Position numbers and translations under genes: made by a program. Under the pieces are notes generated by a model. It was not told the DNA's origin. It ran no database searches and was given only the letters and a program-made list of their open reading frames with translations. Below are positions 47,462-55,708 of a stretch of 55,708 nucleotides of DNA, piece by piece. This DNA is from Opitutaceae bacterium (GTDB taxonomy: Bacteria; Verrucomicrobiota; Verrucomicrobiia; Opitutales; Opitutaceae). Position 1 is the stretch's first letter, and each line of letters opens with the position of its first letter. The stretch is taken from positions 1-55,708 of the forward strand of contig DASRSH010000295.1 in the NCBI GenBank assembly GCA_035656575.1, read 5' to 3'.

Positions 47462-50400
47462 ACCTGTCGGCGCCGTTCATCCGCCGCCCGGTCGCGACCA
47501 CGCTGCTCACGGTCGCGGTCGCGCTTGCCGGCGCGGTCGCCTTCAAATTCCTGCCGGTTTCACCCCTGCCGCAGGTGGATTTTCCCACCATTACGGTCGG
47601 CGCCTCGCTGCCGGGGGCGAGCCCCGAGATCATGGCGTCGTCGGTCGCCACCCCGCTGGAGCGCGAATTCGGCCGCATCTCCGGCGTCACGGAAATGACG
47701 GCGACCAGCACCCTGGGCCAGACGGGCATCACGCTGCAGTTCGACCTGAGCCGCAACATCGATGCGGCGGCGCGCGACGTGCAGGCGGCGATCAACGCGG
47801 CGCGCAGCGACCTCCCGTCAAACCTGCCGAGCAATCCGACCTACCGCAAGGTGAACCCGGCGGATTCCCCGATCATGATCGTGTCGCTGACTTCGGACAC
47901 GGTGCCGCCGCCGATGCTTTACGACGCGGCGTCGACCGTGCTCTCGCAGAAGCTGTCGCAGCTTCCCGGGGTCGGGCAGGTGGTGGTGGGGGGGAGTTCG
48001 GCCCCCGCCGTCCGCATCGACCTCAATCCCCTGCAGATGTACGGGCACGGAATCCAGCTCGAGACGGTGCGGACCGCCGTCGCCGCCCAGACCTCCAATC
48101 TCGCCAAGGGCGCCTTTTCCGATGCCACCGAGCGCTGGATGATCGCGGACAACGACCAGCTCCTGAAGGCGGCCGACTACGCCCCTCTCATCGTGGCCTA
48201 CCAGGGCGGCCAGCCGGTGCGCCTGAGCGACATTGGCAAGGTGTCCGACTCGGTGCAGACGGTGCGGTCGGTCGGTTTCGTGAACGGCAAGAGCGCCGCC
48301 TCGCTGATCATCTTCCGCCAGCCCGGCGCCAACATCATCGATACGGTCGACGCCATCGTCAAGGCGCTGCCCCAGCTGCACGCGGCGATCAACCCGGCGA
48401 TCGGCCTGACTATCGTCATGGACCAGTCCCAGACCATTCGGGCGTCGGTGCGGGACGTCGAGCGGACGCTGGCGATCTCGATCCTGCTGGTGGTGTTCGT
48501 CGTCTTCATCTTTCTGCGCGAAGTGCCGGCGACGGTGATTCCGAGCGTCGCCGTGCCCGTGTCGCTGATCGGAACCTTCGGGGTCATGTACCTGCTGGGC
48601 TACAGCGTCGACAACCTGTCGCTGATGGCCCTCACGATCTCGACGGGGTTCGTGGTGGACGATGCCATCGTCGTCCTGGAAAACATCACCCGCTACCGGG
48701 AGCATGGCGACAGCGCCCTGGACGCCGCGCTCAAGGGCGCCGCCGAGATCGGCTCGACGGTCTTTTCCATCAGCGTGTCCCTGGTGGCGGTCTTCATCCC
48801 CATTCTGCTCATGGGAGGCATCATCGGCCGGCTGTTCCGCGAGTTCGCCGTGACCCTTTCCGTCACCATCCTGGTATCCCTGGCGGTTTCGCTGACGGCG
48901 ACGCCGATGATGTGCTCGCGCCTGCTGCGGGAGCCGTCGAGCCACGGGCGGTTCTATGCCGCCAGCGAGCGGGCGTTCAAGGCCATGCTCGGCGGCTACC
49001 GGCGCAGCCTGGGCTGGGTGCTCGAGCATTCCCTGCTCGTGCTGCTGATCGCCATCGTGACGCTGGCGCTGAACGTGTTCCTGTTCATCAAGGTGCCCAA
49101 GGGCTTCTTTCCCCAGCAGGATACCGGCCGGATGATGGGCATGATCATCGCCGACCAGGACATCTCCTTTGAAGCGATGGCGCAGAAGATGCGCCGGCTG
49201 TGCGCCATCGTGAACGCCGACCCCGCGGTGAGCGCCGTCATCGCCTTCACCGGCGGCGGCGGGGGCACGACGACCAACACGGGCCGCATGTTCATTTCCC
49301 TCAAGCCGCTCAGCCAGCGCAAGGCGTCGGCCGACCAGATCATCGCCCGGCTGCGGCCCAAGCTGGGGAAGGTGACGGGGGCGACCCTCATCCTGCAGGC
49401 CGCCCAGGATGTGCGGATCGGCGGCCGCGCGGCCGCGGGGCAATATCAATACACCATCCAGAGCGATAACATCGCGGAATTGAACCATTGGGGCCCGGTC
49501 CTGCTGCACGCGATGCAGAAGGCCCATCAGCTCGCCGACGCGAACAGCGATGCGCAAAACGGCGGCCTGGCGATGAACGTCGTGATCGACCGCGCGACCG
49601 CGGCGCGGCTGGGCGTCACGCCCAGCACGATCGACAGCGCGCTGTACGACGCCTTTGGGGAGCGCGAGATCGCGACCATGTACGAGTCGCTCAACCAGTA
49701 TTACGTGATCATGGAGGTGGCGCCGCAGTTCTGGCGCGATCCCGATGCCCTCAAGTACGTTTACGTGGGGGCCGCCGGCGGGGGCGTCGTGCCGCTGGCC
49801 GCGATCGCCCATTTCAGCGCCGCCACCGCGCCGATGATGATCAACGACACCAGCGTGTTTCCCTCCGTCACCATCTCGTTCAACCTGATGCCGGGCGTGG
49901 CCCTGGGCGACGCGGTCAAGCTCATCGACGGGATTGAACGGGGGATCGGAATGCCTTCGACGATCACCGGCAGCTTCAGCGGCACGGCCCAGGCCTACAC
50001 GCAATCGCTCTCCACGGAATGGATGCTGATCCTCGCCGCGCTGGCGGCCGTGTATATCGTGCTCGGCATCCTGTACGAAAGTTACATCCACCCGGTGACC
50101 ATCCTCTCCACGCTGCCTTCGGCGGGGCTGGGCGCGCTGCTCGCGCTGCTCATCACCCACACCGAGCTCACCATCATCGCGCTGATCGGGATCATTCTGC
50201 TCATCGGCATCGTCAAGAAAAACGCCATCATGATGATCGATTTTGCGCTGGAGGTGGAGCGGCGGGACGAGACGACCCCGCGGGAAGCCATCTTCGAAGC
50301 CTGCCTGCTGCGGTTTCGCCCCATCATGATGACGACCATGGCCGCCCTGCTCGGCGGATTGCCCCTGGCCCTCGGCACGGGGATGGGGGCGGAACTGCGC

Positions 50401-50568
50401 CGGCCCCTGGGGATCACGATCGTGGGCGGGCTGATCGTGAGCCAGGCGCTGACCCTTTATACGACGCCCGTGATCTACTTGTATATGGATCGGCTGAACA
50501 ACTGGGTGGGCCGGCTGGGTTTTGCCCGGGCTCCCGGAGTCCCCGCCCCCGTGGAGAAACCGGCATGA
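47458..50568 (+). CDS. RND multidrug efflux permease (MdtC-like), paralogue of the preceding gene
   Basis: Track ORF 47035..50568 trimmed to the ATG at 47458 (ATGA overlap). FIRRPVATTLLTVAVAL..., GIVKKNAIMMIDFA. Confidence 0.9.
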   Translation: MNLSAPFIRRPVATTLLTVAVALAGAVAFKFLPVSPLPQVDFPTITVGASLPGASPEIMASSVATPLEREFGRISGVTEMTATSTLGQTGITLQFDLSRNIDAAARDVQAAINAARSDLPSNLPSNPTYRKVNPADSPIMIVSLTSDTVPPPMLYDAASTVLSQKLSQLPGVGQVVVGGSSAPAVRIDLNPLQMYGHGIQLETVRTAVAAQTSNLAKGAFSDATERWMIADNDQLLKAADYAPLIVAYQGGQPVRLSDIGKVSDSVQTVRSVGFVNGKSAASLIIFRQPGANIIDTVDAIVKALPQLHAAINPAIGLTIVMDQSQTIRASVRDVERTLAISILLVVFVVFIFLREVPATVIPSVAVPVSLIGTFGVMYLLGYSVDNLSLMALTISTGFVVDDAIVVLENITRYREHGDSALDAALKGAAEIGSTVFSISVSLVAVFIPILLMGGIIGRLFREFAVTLSVTILVSLAVSLTATPMMCSRLLREPSSHGRFYAASERAFKAMLGGYRRSLGWVLEHSLLVLLIAIVTLALNVFLFIKVPKGFFPQQDTGRMMGMIIADQDISFEAMAQKMRRLCAIVNADPAVSAVIAFTGGGGGTTTNTGRMFISLKPLSQRKASADQIIARLRPKLGKVTGATLILQAAQDVRIGGRAAAGQYQYTIQSDNIAELNHWGPVLLHAMQKAHQLADANSDAQNGGLAMNVVIDRATAARLGVTPSTIDSALYDAFGEREIATMYESLNQYYVIMEVAPQFWRDPDALKYVYVGAAGGGVVPLAAIAHFSAATAPMMINDTSVFPSVTISFNLMPGVALGDAVKLIDGIERGIGMPSTITGSFSGTAQAYTQSLSTEWMLILAALAAVYIVLGILYESYIHPVTILSTLPSAGLGALLALLITHTELTIIALIGIILLIGIVKKNAIMMIDFALEVERRDETTPREAIFEACLLRFRPIMMTTMAALLGGLPLALGTGMGAELRRPLGITIVGGLIVSQALTLYTTPVIYLYMDRLNNWVGRLGFARAPGVPAPVEKPA

Positions 50569-52280
50569 ACGCGCGAATGCTGACGACGGCCGTGGCCGCG
50601 GCCCTGCTGGCGGGCTGCAATTTCGCGCCGCATTACCGTGAGCCGGCGGCGGCTCCGCCCGCGGCCTTCAAGGAGGCCACGCCGAACGACGGCGCCGGCA
50701 CGGAAGGCTGGAAGCTGGCCCAGCCCAGCGACCAGCTCGCCCGCGGAGACTGGTGGGACATTTACGACGATCCCGACCTGAGCGCGCTCGAAGGCCGCGT
50801 GGCGAAAGCCAACCAGAACGTCGTGCAGGCGGAGGCGACCTACCGGGAGGCCTGGGCGGTGTACCGCGAGGCGGTGGCGCAGCTGTTTCCGACCGTGGGG
50901 GTGAACCCGGAGGTGGTGCGGTCGCGCTCGCCCTCGGCCTTGGCCGAGACCGGAGGCGGCGCCACGGCCGGGGAGGCCAATTCGACCGGCAGCGCGGGAA
51001 CCGGCACGACCGGGACGGGCGGCACCGGCGGTGGAACCGGCGCGGCGGCGGTGGCCGGCCCGGGCACGCACACGCTGTTCGAGCTTCCTTTCGAGGCCTC
51101 GTACGAAGTGGATCTGTGGGGGCAGGTGCGCAATACGATCCGCGAAAATCGCGCGCTCGCGCAATCGAGCGCGGCCACCCTGGCCAACGAGATCCTGAGC
51201 ATGCAGGCGCAGCTGGCGCAGGATTACTTCAACCTGCGGGCCGTGGACGAGGAGCGCTTCATTCTCGACACCACGATGGAGGATTACCGGGCGAGCCTGC
51301 GGCTGACCCAGACCCTCTACCGGACGGGAATCGACTCCGCCGAGGATGTTTCCCAAGCCACCACGCAGCTGGAGACGGCGGAGGTGCAAGCCACCGATCT
51401 CGGCATCGCCCGCGCCCAATACGAGCACGCGATCGCCGTGCTGATCGGCGTGCCCCCGGCGCAATTCAGCCTGGCGGTGAAGCGCTTCAAGCCGACGATT
51501 CCGGCGGTGCCGGTGGCCGTGCCTTCCGTCCTGCTGGAGCGGCGGCCCGACGTGGCGGCCGCGGAACGGCAGGTGGCGGCGGCCAACGCGGCCATAGGGG
51601 TCGCGCGGGCGGCCTACTTTCCGCAGCTCACGCTCAGCGCGAGCGCCGGCTTCGAATCGCTCGGCGCGTCGCAGCTTCTCGATTGGTCCAACCGCTTCTG
51701 GTCGGTCGGCGCCGGCGCCGCGCAGACCCTCTTTGACGGCGGCGCGCGCTTTGCCGCGACCGACCGCGCCAAGGCGGCCTACGACCAGACGGTCGCGCAG
51801 TACCGGCAGACGGTCCTGGCCGCCTTTCAGGCCGTGGAGGACAACCTGGTGAGCCTGCGCGTGCTCTCGCGCGAGGTGATGCAGCAGCACCGCGCGGCGG
51901 CCTCGGCGGAGACGACGGTGCGCCTGTCGCTGACCCGCTACCAGCAGGGGGTCGACAGTTACGTGAATGTCATTTCCGCGCAGAACACCTTCTTGAGCAG
52001 CCGCGAAGCCGAACTCCAGACCCAGCTCCGCCAGATTCTGGCGAGCATCGGGCTGGTGCAAAATCTGGGCGGCGGCTGGACCCGCGACGCGATCGGCGGC
52101 GACGAGCGGCTGGCTCGGCACGCGGATCGCGGCGTCGTCCCGCAGCCCGATCAGGCGCCGTCGGGCACCGTGGCCCGGGTCGCCAATCCTCCGCCTTTGC
52201 CGGTGTCGGAAAAGACCCCGGAGGACATGCTCAAGGAGGACAATTCGGTGATGGCGCCCCCGCCGCCCCCGCCCGAGTAG
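50565..52280 (+). CDS. NodT-family outer membrane factor lipoprotein of the RND pump
   Basis: Track ORF 50019..52280 trimmed to the ATG at 50565 (ATGA overlap). Lipobox LLAGC. WW..Y.D..L, RPDV..AE and ...NLGGGW motifs of the NodT/OprM family. Carries extra Gly/Thr and Pro-rich segments. Confidence 0.85.
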   Translation: MNARMLTTAVAAALLAGCNFAPHYREPAAAPPAAFKEATPNDGAGTEGWKLAQPSDQLARGDWWDIYDDPDLSALEGRVAKANQNVVQAEATYREAWAVYREAVAQLFPTVGVNPEVVRSRSPSALAETGGGATAGEANSTGSAGTGTTGTGGTGGGTGAAAVAGPGTHTLFELPFEASYEVDLWGQVRNTIRENRALAQSSAATLANEILSMQAQLAQDYFNLRAVDEERFILDTTMEDYRASLRLTQTLYRTGIDSAEDVSQATTQLETAEVQATDLGIARAQYEHAIAVLIGVPPAQFSLAVKRFKPTIPAVPVAVPSVLLERRPDVAAAERQVAAANAAIGVARAAYFPQLTLSASAGFESLGASQLLDWSNRFWSVGAGAAQTLFDGGARFAATDRAKAAYDQTVAQYRQTVLAAFQAVEDNLVSLRVLSREVMQQHRAAASAETTVRLSLTRYQQGVDSYVNVISAQNTFLSSREAELQTQLRQILASIGLVQNLGGGWTRDAIGGDERLARHADRGVVPQPDQAPSGTVARVANPPPLPVSEKTPEDMLKEDNSVMAPPPPPPE

Positions 52281-52281
52281 C

Positions 52282-52512
52282 TCAGGCCTTGGTCACGAGC
52301 CCGGCCTTGAGGGCTTTGACCGAAACCCACACCCGCTTGGTGGCGCCATTCGGAAGCACGATGCGCACCCGCTGGAGATTGGGCCGGAACTTGCGCCGCG
52401 TGACGCTCGTCACGTGCGTGCCGATGCCCCCGCTCTTCTTGCTCTGACCCTTGCGGTTGATGATGTTGCCCTTGACGGGGCGGCGACCGGTGATTGCGCA
52501 GACTCTGGCCAT
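52282..52512 (-). CDS. rpmB: 50S ribosomal protein L28
   Basis: Track ORF 52282..52542 trimmed to the ATG at 52512. MARVCAITGRRPVKGNIINRKG...RRKFRPNLQRVRI is the L28 signature. Confidence 0.9.
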   Translation of the reverse strand: MARVCAITGRRPVKGNIINRKGQSKKSGGIGTHVTSVTRRKFRPNLQRVRIVLPNGATKRVWVSVKALKAGLVTKA

Positions 52513-52573
52513 GGTGGTGAGGATGGGTTGAAAGGGGTCCATAGTAGGCTGCGGGAAAAGGTCGGCAAGCAGA

Positions 52574-53584
52574 TTATGCCCCGGGACCGCCGCGGCGGCT
52601 GGCCGGACCGGGCGCCGGCTCCTGGCCCGGCCGGAAGGCCGTCAGCACCTGGAACTTGCGCCCCATCAGGGACGGATGCAGCAGGTGCAGCAAGGCCTGC
52701 TTGCGCCCGTCCACGCCGGGCGCAACGGCGGCGGTAATCTCGGCCAGCACCGGGCCCGCGTGCCGCACGAGGAACGCTTCCTGGGACTCCAGGGAGACGG
52801 CGCCGAATCCGCGCTCGGCCAGGGCCTGGCCGATCCAATCCCAGCAGACGTGGCACGTCAGGTCCTGCTCCCCGGGGTGAGCCAGCAAGTCGTTGCTTTG
52901 GCGATGCTCGCGATAGGCCCGAGCCGTGCCCACCGGAGTGCCGTAGGCCAGCTCCTCCCAGCTCTTGCCGTAGTCCGCGGCCACGAAAAGCCCCGACCAG
53001 GGCTGGCCGGCGATGGCTTCGGCCAGTGTCCGGGCCCCGGTGGGAGCATCCAGGCAATAGTCCGTCGGGGCGTCGGCCGGCAGGAAGTCCGCGCCCACGG
53101 CCGGCAATTCGGTTTCTTCCCAGCCGGCGGACCCGGAGCGCACCCCGAGTTCCCGCCAGCCCCCGGCTCGTTTCCGGAAGCGGCGAAAGGGCTGGGCATC
53201 AAAGAGCTCGTTCGAAAACACCACGCACGGTCCGCGCAGGTCCAGGCCCCCGTTCACCCCCGCCTCGAGGCTCGCCCCGAAGGGGTGGGCCACTCCGCGC
53301 AGCACGCCGCCGGGCGGTTCCACGCCCAGCTCCACGAACGTGTATTCGCGGGCCTTTGACGGCCCGCCCACGAGCGCGGCGCAGGCCGCGGCGATAAGCT
53401 CGCCGTAGAGGGGAAGGGAGGCGGCCGTATAGAAGTCCGATCCCCCGCCGCGGCCGATCCGGGGGTGCGGCCGGCGGTAGTAGCCGCAGCCGGGATCGTA
53501 CAGGGCCAGCGCCATGAAGCGCTCGAAGCTCAGCACGCCCTCCGGTCCGGCCGACAGGCGGAACGACTCAGCAAAGGTGCCCAT
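52574..53584 (-). CDS. MidA/NDUFAF7-like (DUF185) SAM-dependent methyltransferase
   Basis: SFERFMALALYDPGCGYY........DFYTA, ...FVELG..., ...VFSNELFDAQP... and ...GEQDLTCHV(C)W... are the pattern of the MidA family. Confidence 0.75.
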   Translation of the reverse strand: MGTFAESFRLSAGPEGVLSFERFMALALYDPGCGYYRRPHPRIGRGGGSDFYTAASLPLYGELIAAACAALVGGPSKAREYTFVELGVEPPGGVLRGVAHPFGASLEAGVNGGLDLRGPCVVFSNELFDAQPFRRFRKRAGGWRELGVRSGSAGWEETELPAVGADFLPADAPTDYCLDAPTGARTLAEAIAGQPWSGLFVAADYGKSWEELAYGTPVGTARAYREHRQSNDLLAHPGEQDLTCHVCWDWIGQALAERGFGAVSLESQEAFLVRHAGPVLAEITAAVAPGVDGRKQALLHLLHPSLMGRKFQVLTAFRPGQEPAPGPASRRGGPGA

Positions 53585-53600
53585 TTACAAATGGAAGCCG

Positions 53601-54989
53601 ATGGACACACTGCGGCCTATGCGCAAACGGATTTTTGCCGGCGCGGTCCTGGCCCTCGGCTTGGCGGTGCCCGCCTTCGCGTTTCACTTTGCCGCCCTGT
53701 TCGGCCTGGTGAAGGGGGACGTCGACCGGGCGGTGGCCTACGTGCGCGACGTGATGGTGATCGTGAATGAGAAGTACGTCGATCCCAAGGCGGTCAACTT
53801 CGCGGATCTGGCCCGCAATGCCCTCCACGGCATGGTCGAATCGCTCGATCCCCATTCCGAATTCCTGGAGAAGAAGGACAACGACGACCTGGCCGAGGAC
53901 CTCAGCGGCGAATTCGGCGGGGTGGGAATCCAGGTGGAAGTCCGCTCCGGCAAGGTCCAGGTGATCGAGCCGATGGACGACACCCCGGCCGCCCGCGCCG
54001 GCATCGAGCGCGGCGACGAAATCGAGAGCATCGACGGCCGCTCGGTCGCGGGCTCGGGGGCGATGGACGCGGTGGTCGACCGGCTGCGGGGCAAGCCGCA
54101 TACGCACGTGGCGATGACCCTGTATCGGCCGAAGGCGCACAAGAGCTACTCCGTCGACCTGGAGCGGGAAATCATCAAGGTCGACAGCGTGATCGACACC
54201 CGGGTCATCGACGACGATGTCGGGTACGTCCTGGTGACGGAGTTCTCCGAGCACACCGGCGAGCAGTTCGCCGCGGCGCTCGACAAGCTGCTCAAGCAGA
54301 ACATCAACAGCCTCATCATCGACCTGCGCAACAACCCGGGCGGAACGCTCGATTCGGCGGTCGAGGTGGCCGAGCCGTTCTTCCGCAAAGGCGACCTGAT
54401 CGTATCGACCCGCGGGCGCCGGGCGGAGGACAACGAGGAGTTCCGCTCCGAGGCCGATGGGGATCCCCTCGACCTGCCCGTCGCCGTCCTGATCAACCAG
54501 GATACGGCGAGCGCGGCGGAGATTGTCACCGGCGCCCTCAAGGACACCGGCAAGGCCGTCGTCGTGGGCGAGCGCTCCTTCGGCAAGGGCTCGGTCCAGA
54601 CCATCATTGATTTCAAGACGGGCGACGGCCTGCGGCTGACGACGGCGAAGTACTACACGCCCAGCGGCGTGAGCCTCCATCAGGTCGGCGTGGCGCCCTC
54701 CGTCGAGGTGGTGCTGTCCGCGGCCGACGACGACAAGATTCGCCAGCAGCAGCTGCGTCCCGATATCAGCGATCCGGCGGACTTCAAGGCGCGCTTCGGA
54801 TTCACGCCGATTGACGACCGCCAGCTGGATGCGGCCGTGGCCGTGCTGCGGGGCGTGGAAGTGCTGGAGAGCCAGGCCGCCGCGAGCTCCCGCGTGGCCG
54901 GCGGGCGCCCCTCGGCGGTGTCTTGCAGCTTTCAGCCGCGCGCCGCCCGCGTCGAGATCTCCGGCCTGCCGCCGCACGACCGCGGATGA
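53601..54989 (+). CDS. Carboxy-terminal processing peptidase (S41 family, Ctp/Prc-like) with PDZ domain
   Basis: Track ORF 53514..54989 trimmed to the ATG at 53601. Signal anchor, GGVGIQV...PAARAGIERGDEI (PDZ), LIIDLRNNPGG, NQDTASAAEIV (Ser nucleophile), SFGKGSVQ (Lys). Confidence 0.85.
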   Translation: MDTLRPMRKRIFAGAVLALGLAVPAFAFHFAALFGLVKGDVDRAVAYVRDVMVIVNEKYVDPKAVNFADLARNALHGMVESLDPHSEFLEKKDNDDLAEDLSGEFGGVGIQVEVRSGKVQVIEPMDDTPAARAGIERGDEIESIDGRSVAGSGAMDAVVDRLRGKPHTHVAMTLYRPKAHKSYSVDLEREIIKVDSVIDTRVIDDDVGYVLVTEFSEHTGEQFAAALDKLLKQNINSLIIDLRNNPGGTLDSAVEVAEPFFRKGDLIVSTRGRRAEDNEEFRSEADGDPLDLPVAVLINQDTASAAEIVTGALKDTGKAVVVGERSFGKGSVQTIIDFKTGDGLRLTTAKYYTPSGVSLHQVGVAPSVEVVLSAADDDKIRQQQLRPDISDPADFKARFGFTPIDDRQLDAAVAVLRGVEVLESQAAASSRVAGGRPSAVSCSFQPRAARVEISGLPPHDRG

Positions 54990-55708
54990 TTCTCGCGCTC
55001 GAGAGCTCGTGCGACGAAACCGCGCTCGCGCTCTTCGATCCCGCCGCCGGCCTGGCCGGCGAATGGATCCACAGCCAGATCGCCCTGCACGAGCAGCACG
55101 GCGGCGTCGTCCCCGACCTCGCCGCCCGCGAGCACCTGCGCCGCCTCGCCCCGCTTTTGGAGCGAGCACTTGCAGTGGAAGCGGCGCCTGGCCGGCCGAA
55201 GCCGGGCGACGGCGGCTCCCGCCGCTTCGGAAACGGCGAGGACGCCGCTTTCACTATAATGGCTATCGCCGTCACCTTTGGGCCGGGGCTGGCGCCGTGC
55301 CTGGCGCTGGGGGTGGCGGCGGCGAAAGCGCTGGCGGCGGCGTGGGGCAAGCCGCTGCTGGGGGTAAACCACCTGCGGGGGCACGTCTGGTCGGTCTTCA
55401 TTCCGGTGCACGCGGAGGAACCGGCGGCTTTTTCCGCGCGGGCCGAATCGCTTTTCCCGCACTTGGCCCTGCTGGTCTCCGGCGGCCACACCTTGCTGGC
55501 GCGCGCCGAGGCGGATCGCACGGTGCGGGTGCTGTCATCGACGCGGGACGATGCGGCGGGCGAGGCGCTGGACAAGGGGGCGAAGCTGCTGGCGCTGGGC
55601 TATCCCGGCGGGCCGCTCATCGAGGAACGGGCGGCCCGGGGCCGGGCGGACGCGTTTGCCTTTCCCCGGGGCCTCGGGCGCAAGGACGAGCTGGATTTCA
55701 GCTTTTCG
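54986..55708 (+). CDS. tsaD: tRNA N6-adenosine threonylcarbamoyltransferase (Kae1/Gcp family), N-terminal 241 codons; runs off the right edge
   Basis: Absent from the ORF track (no stop in window). ATG at 54986 overlaps the upstream TGA. ILALESSCDETA, HGGVVPDLAAREH, VNHLRGH (metal His pair), LLVSGGHT, DDAAGEALDKGAKLL, YPGGP and LDFSFS all match TsaD. Confidence 0.85.
   Translation, partial: MILALESSCDETALALFDPAAGLAGEWIHSQIALHEQHGGVVPDLAAREHLRRLAPLLERALAVEAAPGRPKPGDGGSRRFGNGEDAAFTIMAIAVTFGPGLAPCLALGVAAAKALAAAWGKPLLGVNHLRGHVWSVFIPVHAEEPAAFSARAESLFPHLALLVSGGHTLLARAEADRTVRVLSSTRDDAAGEALDKGAKLLALGYPGGPLIEERAARGRADAFAFPRGLGRKDELDFSFS

Noticed and set aside
55140-55260. Extra ~18-aa segment in TsaD (AAPGRPKPGDGGSRRFGNGEDAAF) relative to the E. 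coli protein.
   Set aside because: It lies in a known variable linker before the AIAVT.GPG motif. The catalytic His pair and ATP motifs are intact, so it is probably a neutral lineage-specific loop.

Overview
This is a high-GC (roughly two-thirds G+C by eye) bacterial chromosomal segment that is almost fully coding, with about 52 protein genes. Many sit in tightly packed operons joined by ATGA start/stop overlaps. I found no rRNA, tRNA, CRISPR array, transposase or integrase. Most of the long ORFs in the six-frame track are GC-driven antisense or out-of-frame artefacts, and I trimmed several true genes to internal starts.

Gene content, left to right:
- Housekeeping: partial class V aminotransferase, lpxK, M29 aminopeptidase, adenosine-deaminase-like protein, rluD, ppx/gppA, rsmI, pgi, ilvD, scpB, pheA.
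- A TolC/HlyD/FtsX/ABC tripartite efflux operon (13.3-17.8 kb).
- An 11-gene respiratory operon (18.0-28.9 kb): Alternative Complex III (actABCDEF), then a small membrane protein, a CcoN-like protein, a CcoO-like protein and a monohaem cytochrome c.
- A small accessory-looking patch (28.9-32.5 kb): two VOC/glyoxalase-fold proteins, a Gly/His/Tyr-rich secreted protein, a HAD phosphatase and a protein with primase-polymerase (AEP)-like motifs.
- MATE transporter, hldD, proC, a REC-histidine kinase, folD, rluB-type synthase, CysJ-like reductase, fabG-acpP-fabF.
- An mdtABC-like RND pump with a NodT lipoprotein, then rpmB, a MidA-like methyltransferase, an S41 protease and partial tsaD.

The strongest candidate for something undescribed is the module fused to ACIII. 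Its CcoN (cbb3 subunit I) homologue contains only four histidines in total. It has substitutions at five of the six canonical haem/Cu ligand positions, while the co-translated CcoO-like and cytochrome c partners keep intact haem c motifs.

Other items worth a second look:
- The AEP-like/HAD operon.
- A perfect 31-bp-arm palindrome that fills the rsmI-ppx spacer.
- An acpP-fabF junction with no canonical fabF start codon.
- A stand-alone HisKA-only ORF.
- A His-rich cytoplasmic tail on the RND adaptor.

All homology calls rest on motif recognition by eye. No database search was run.
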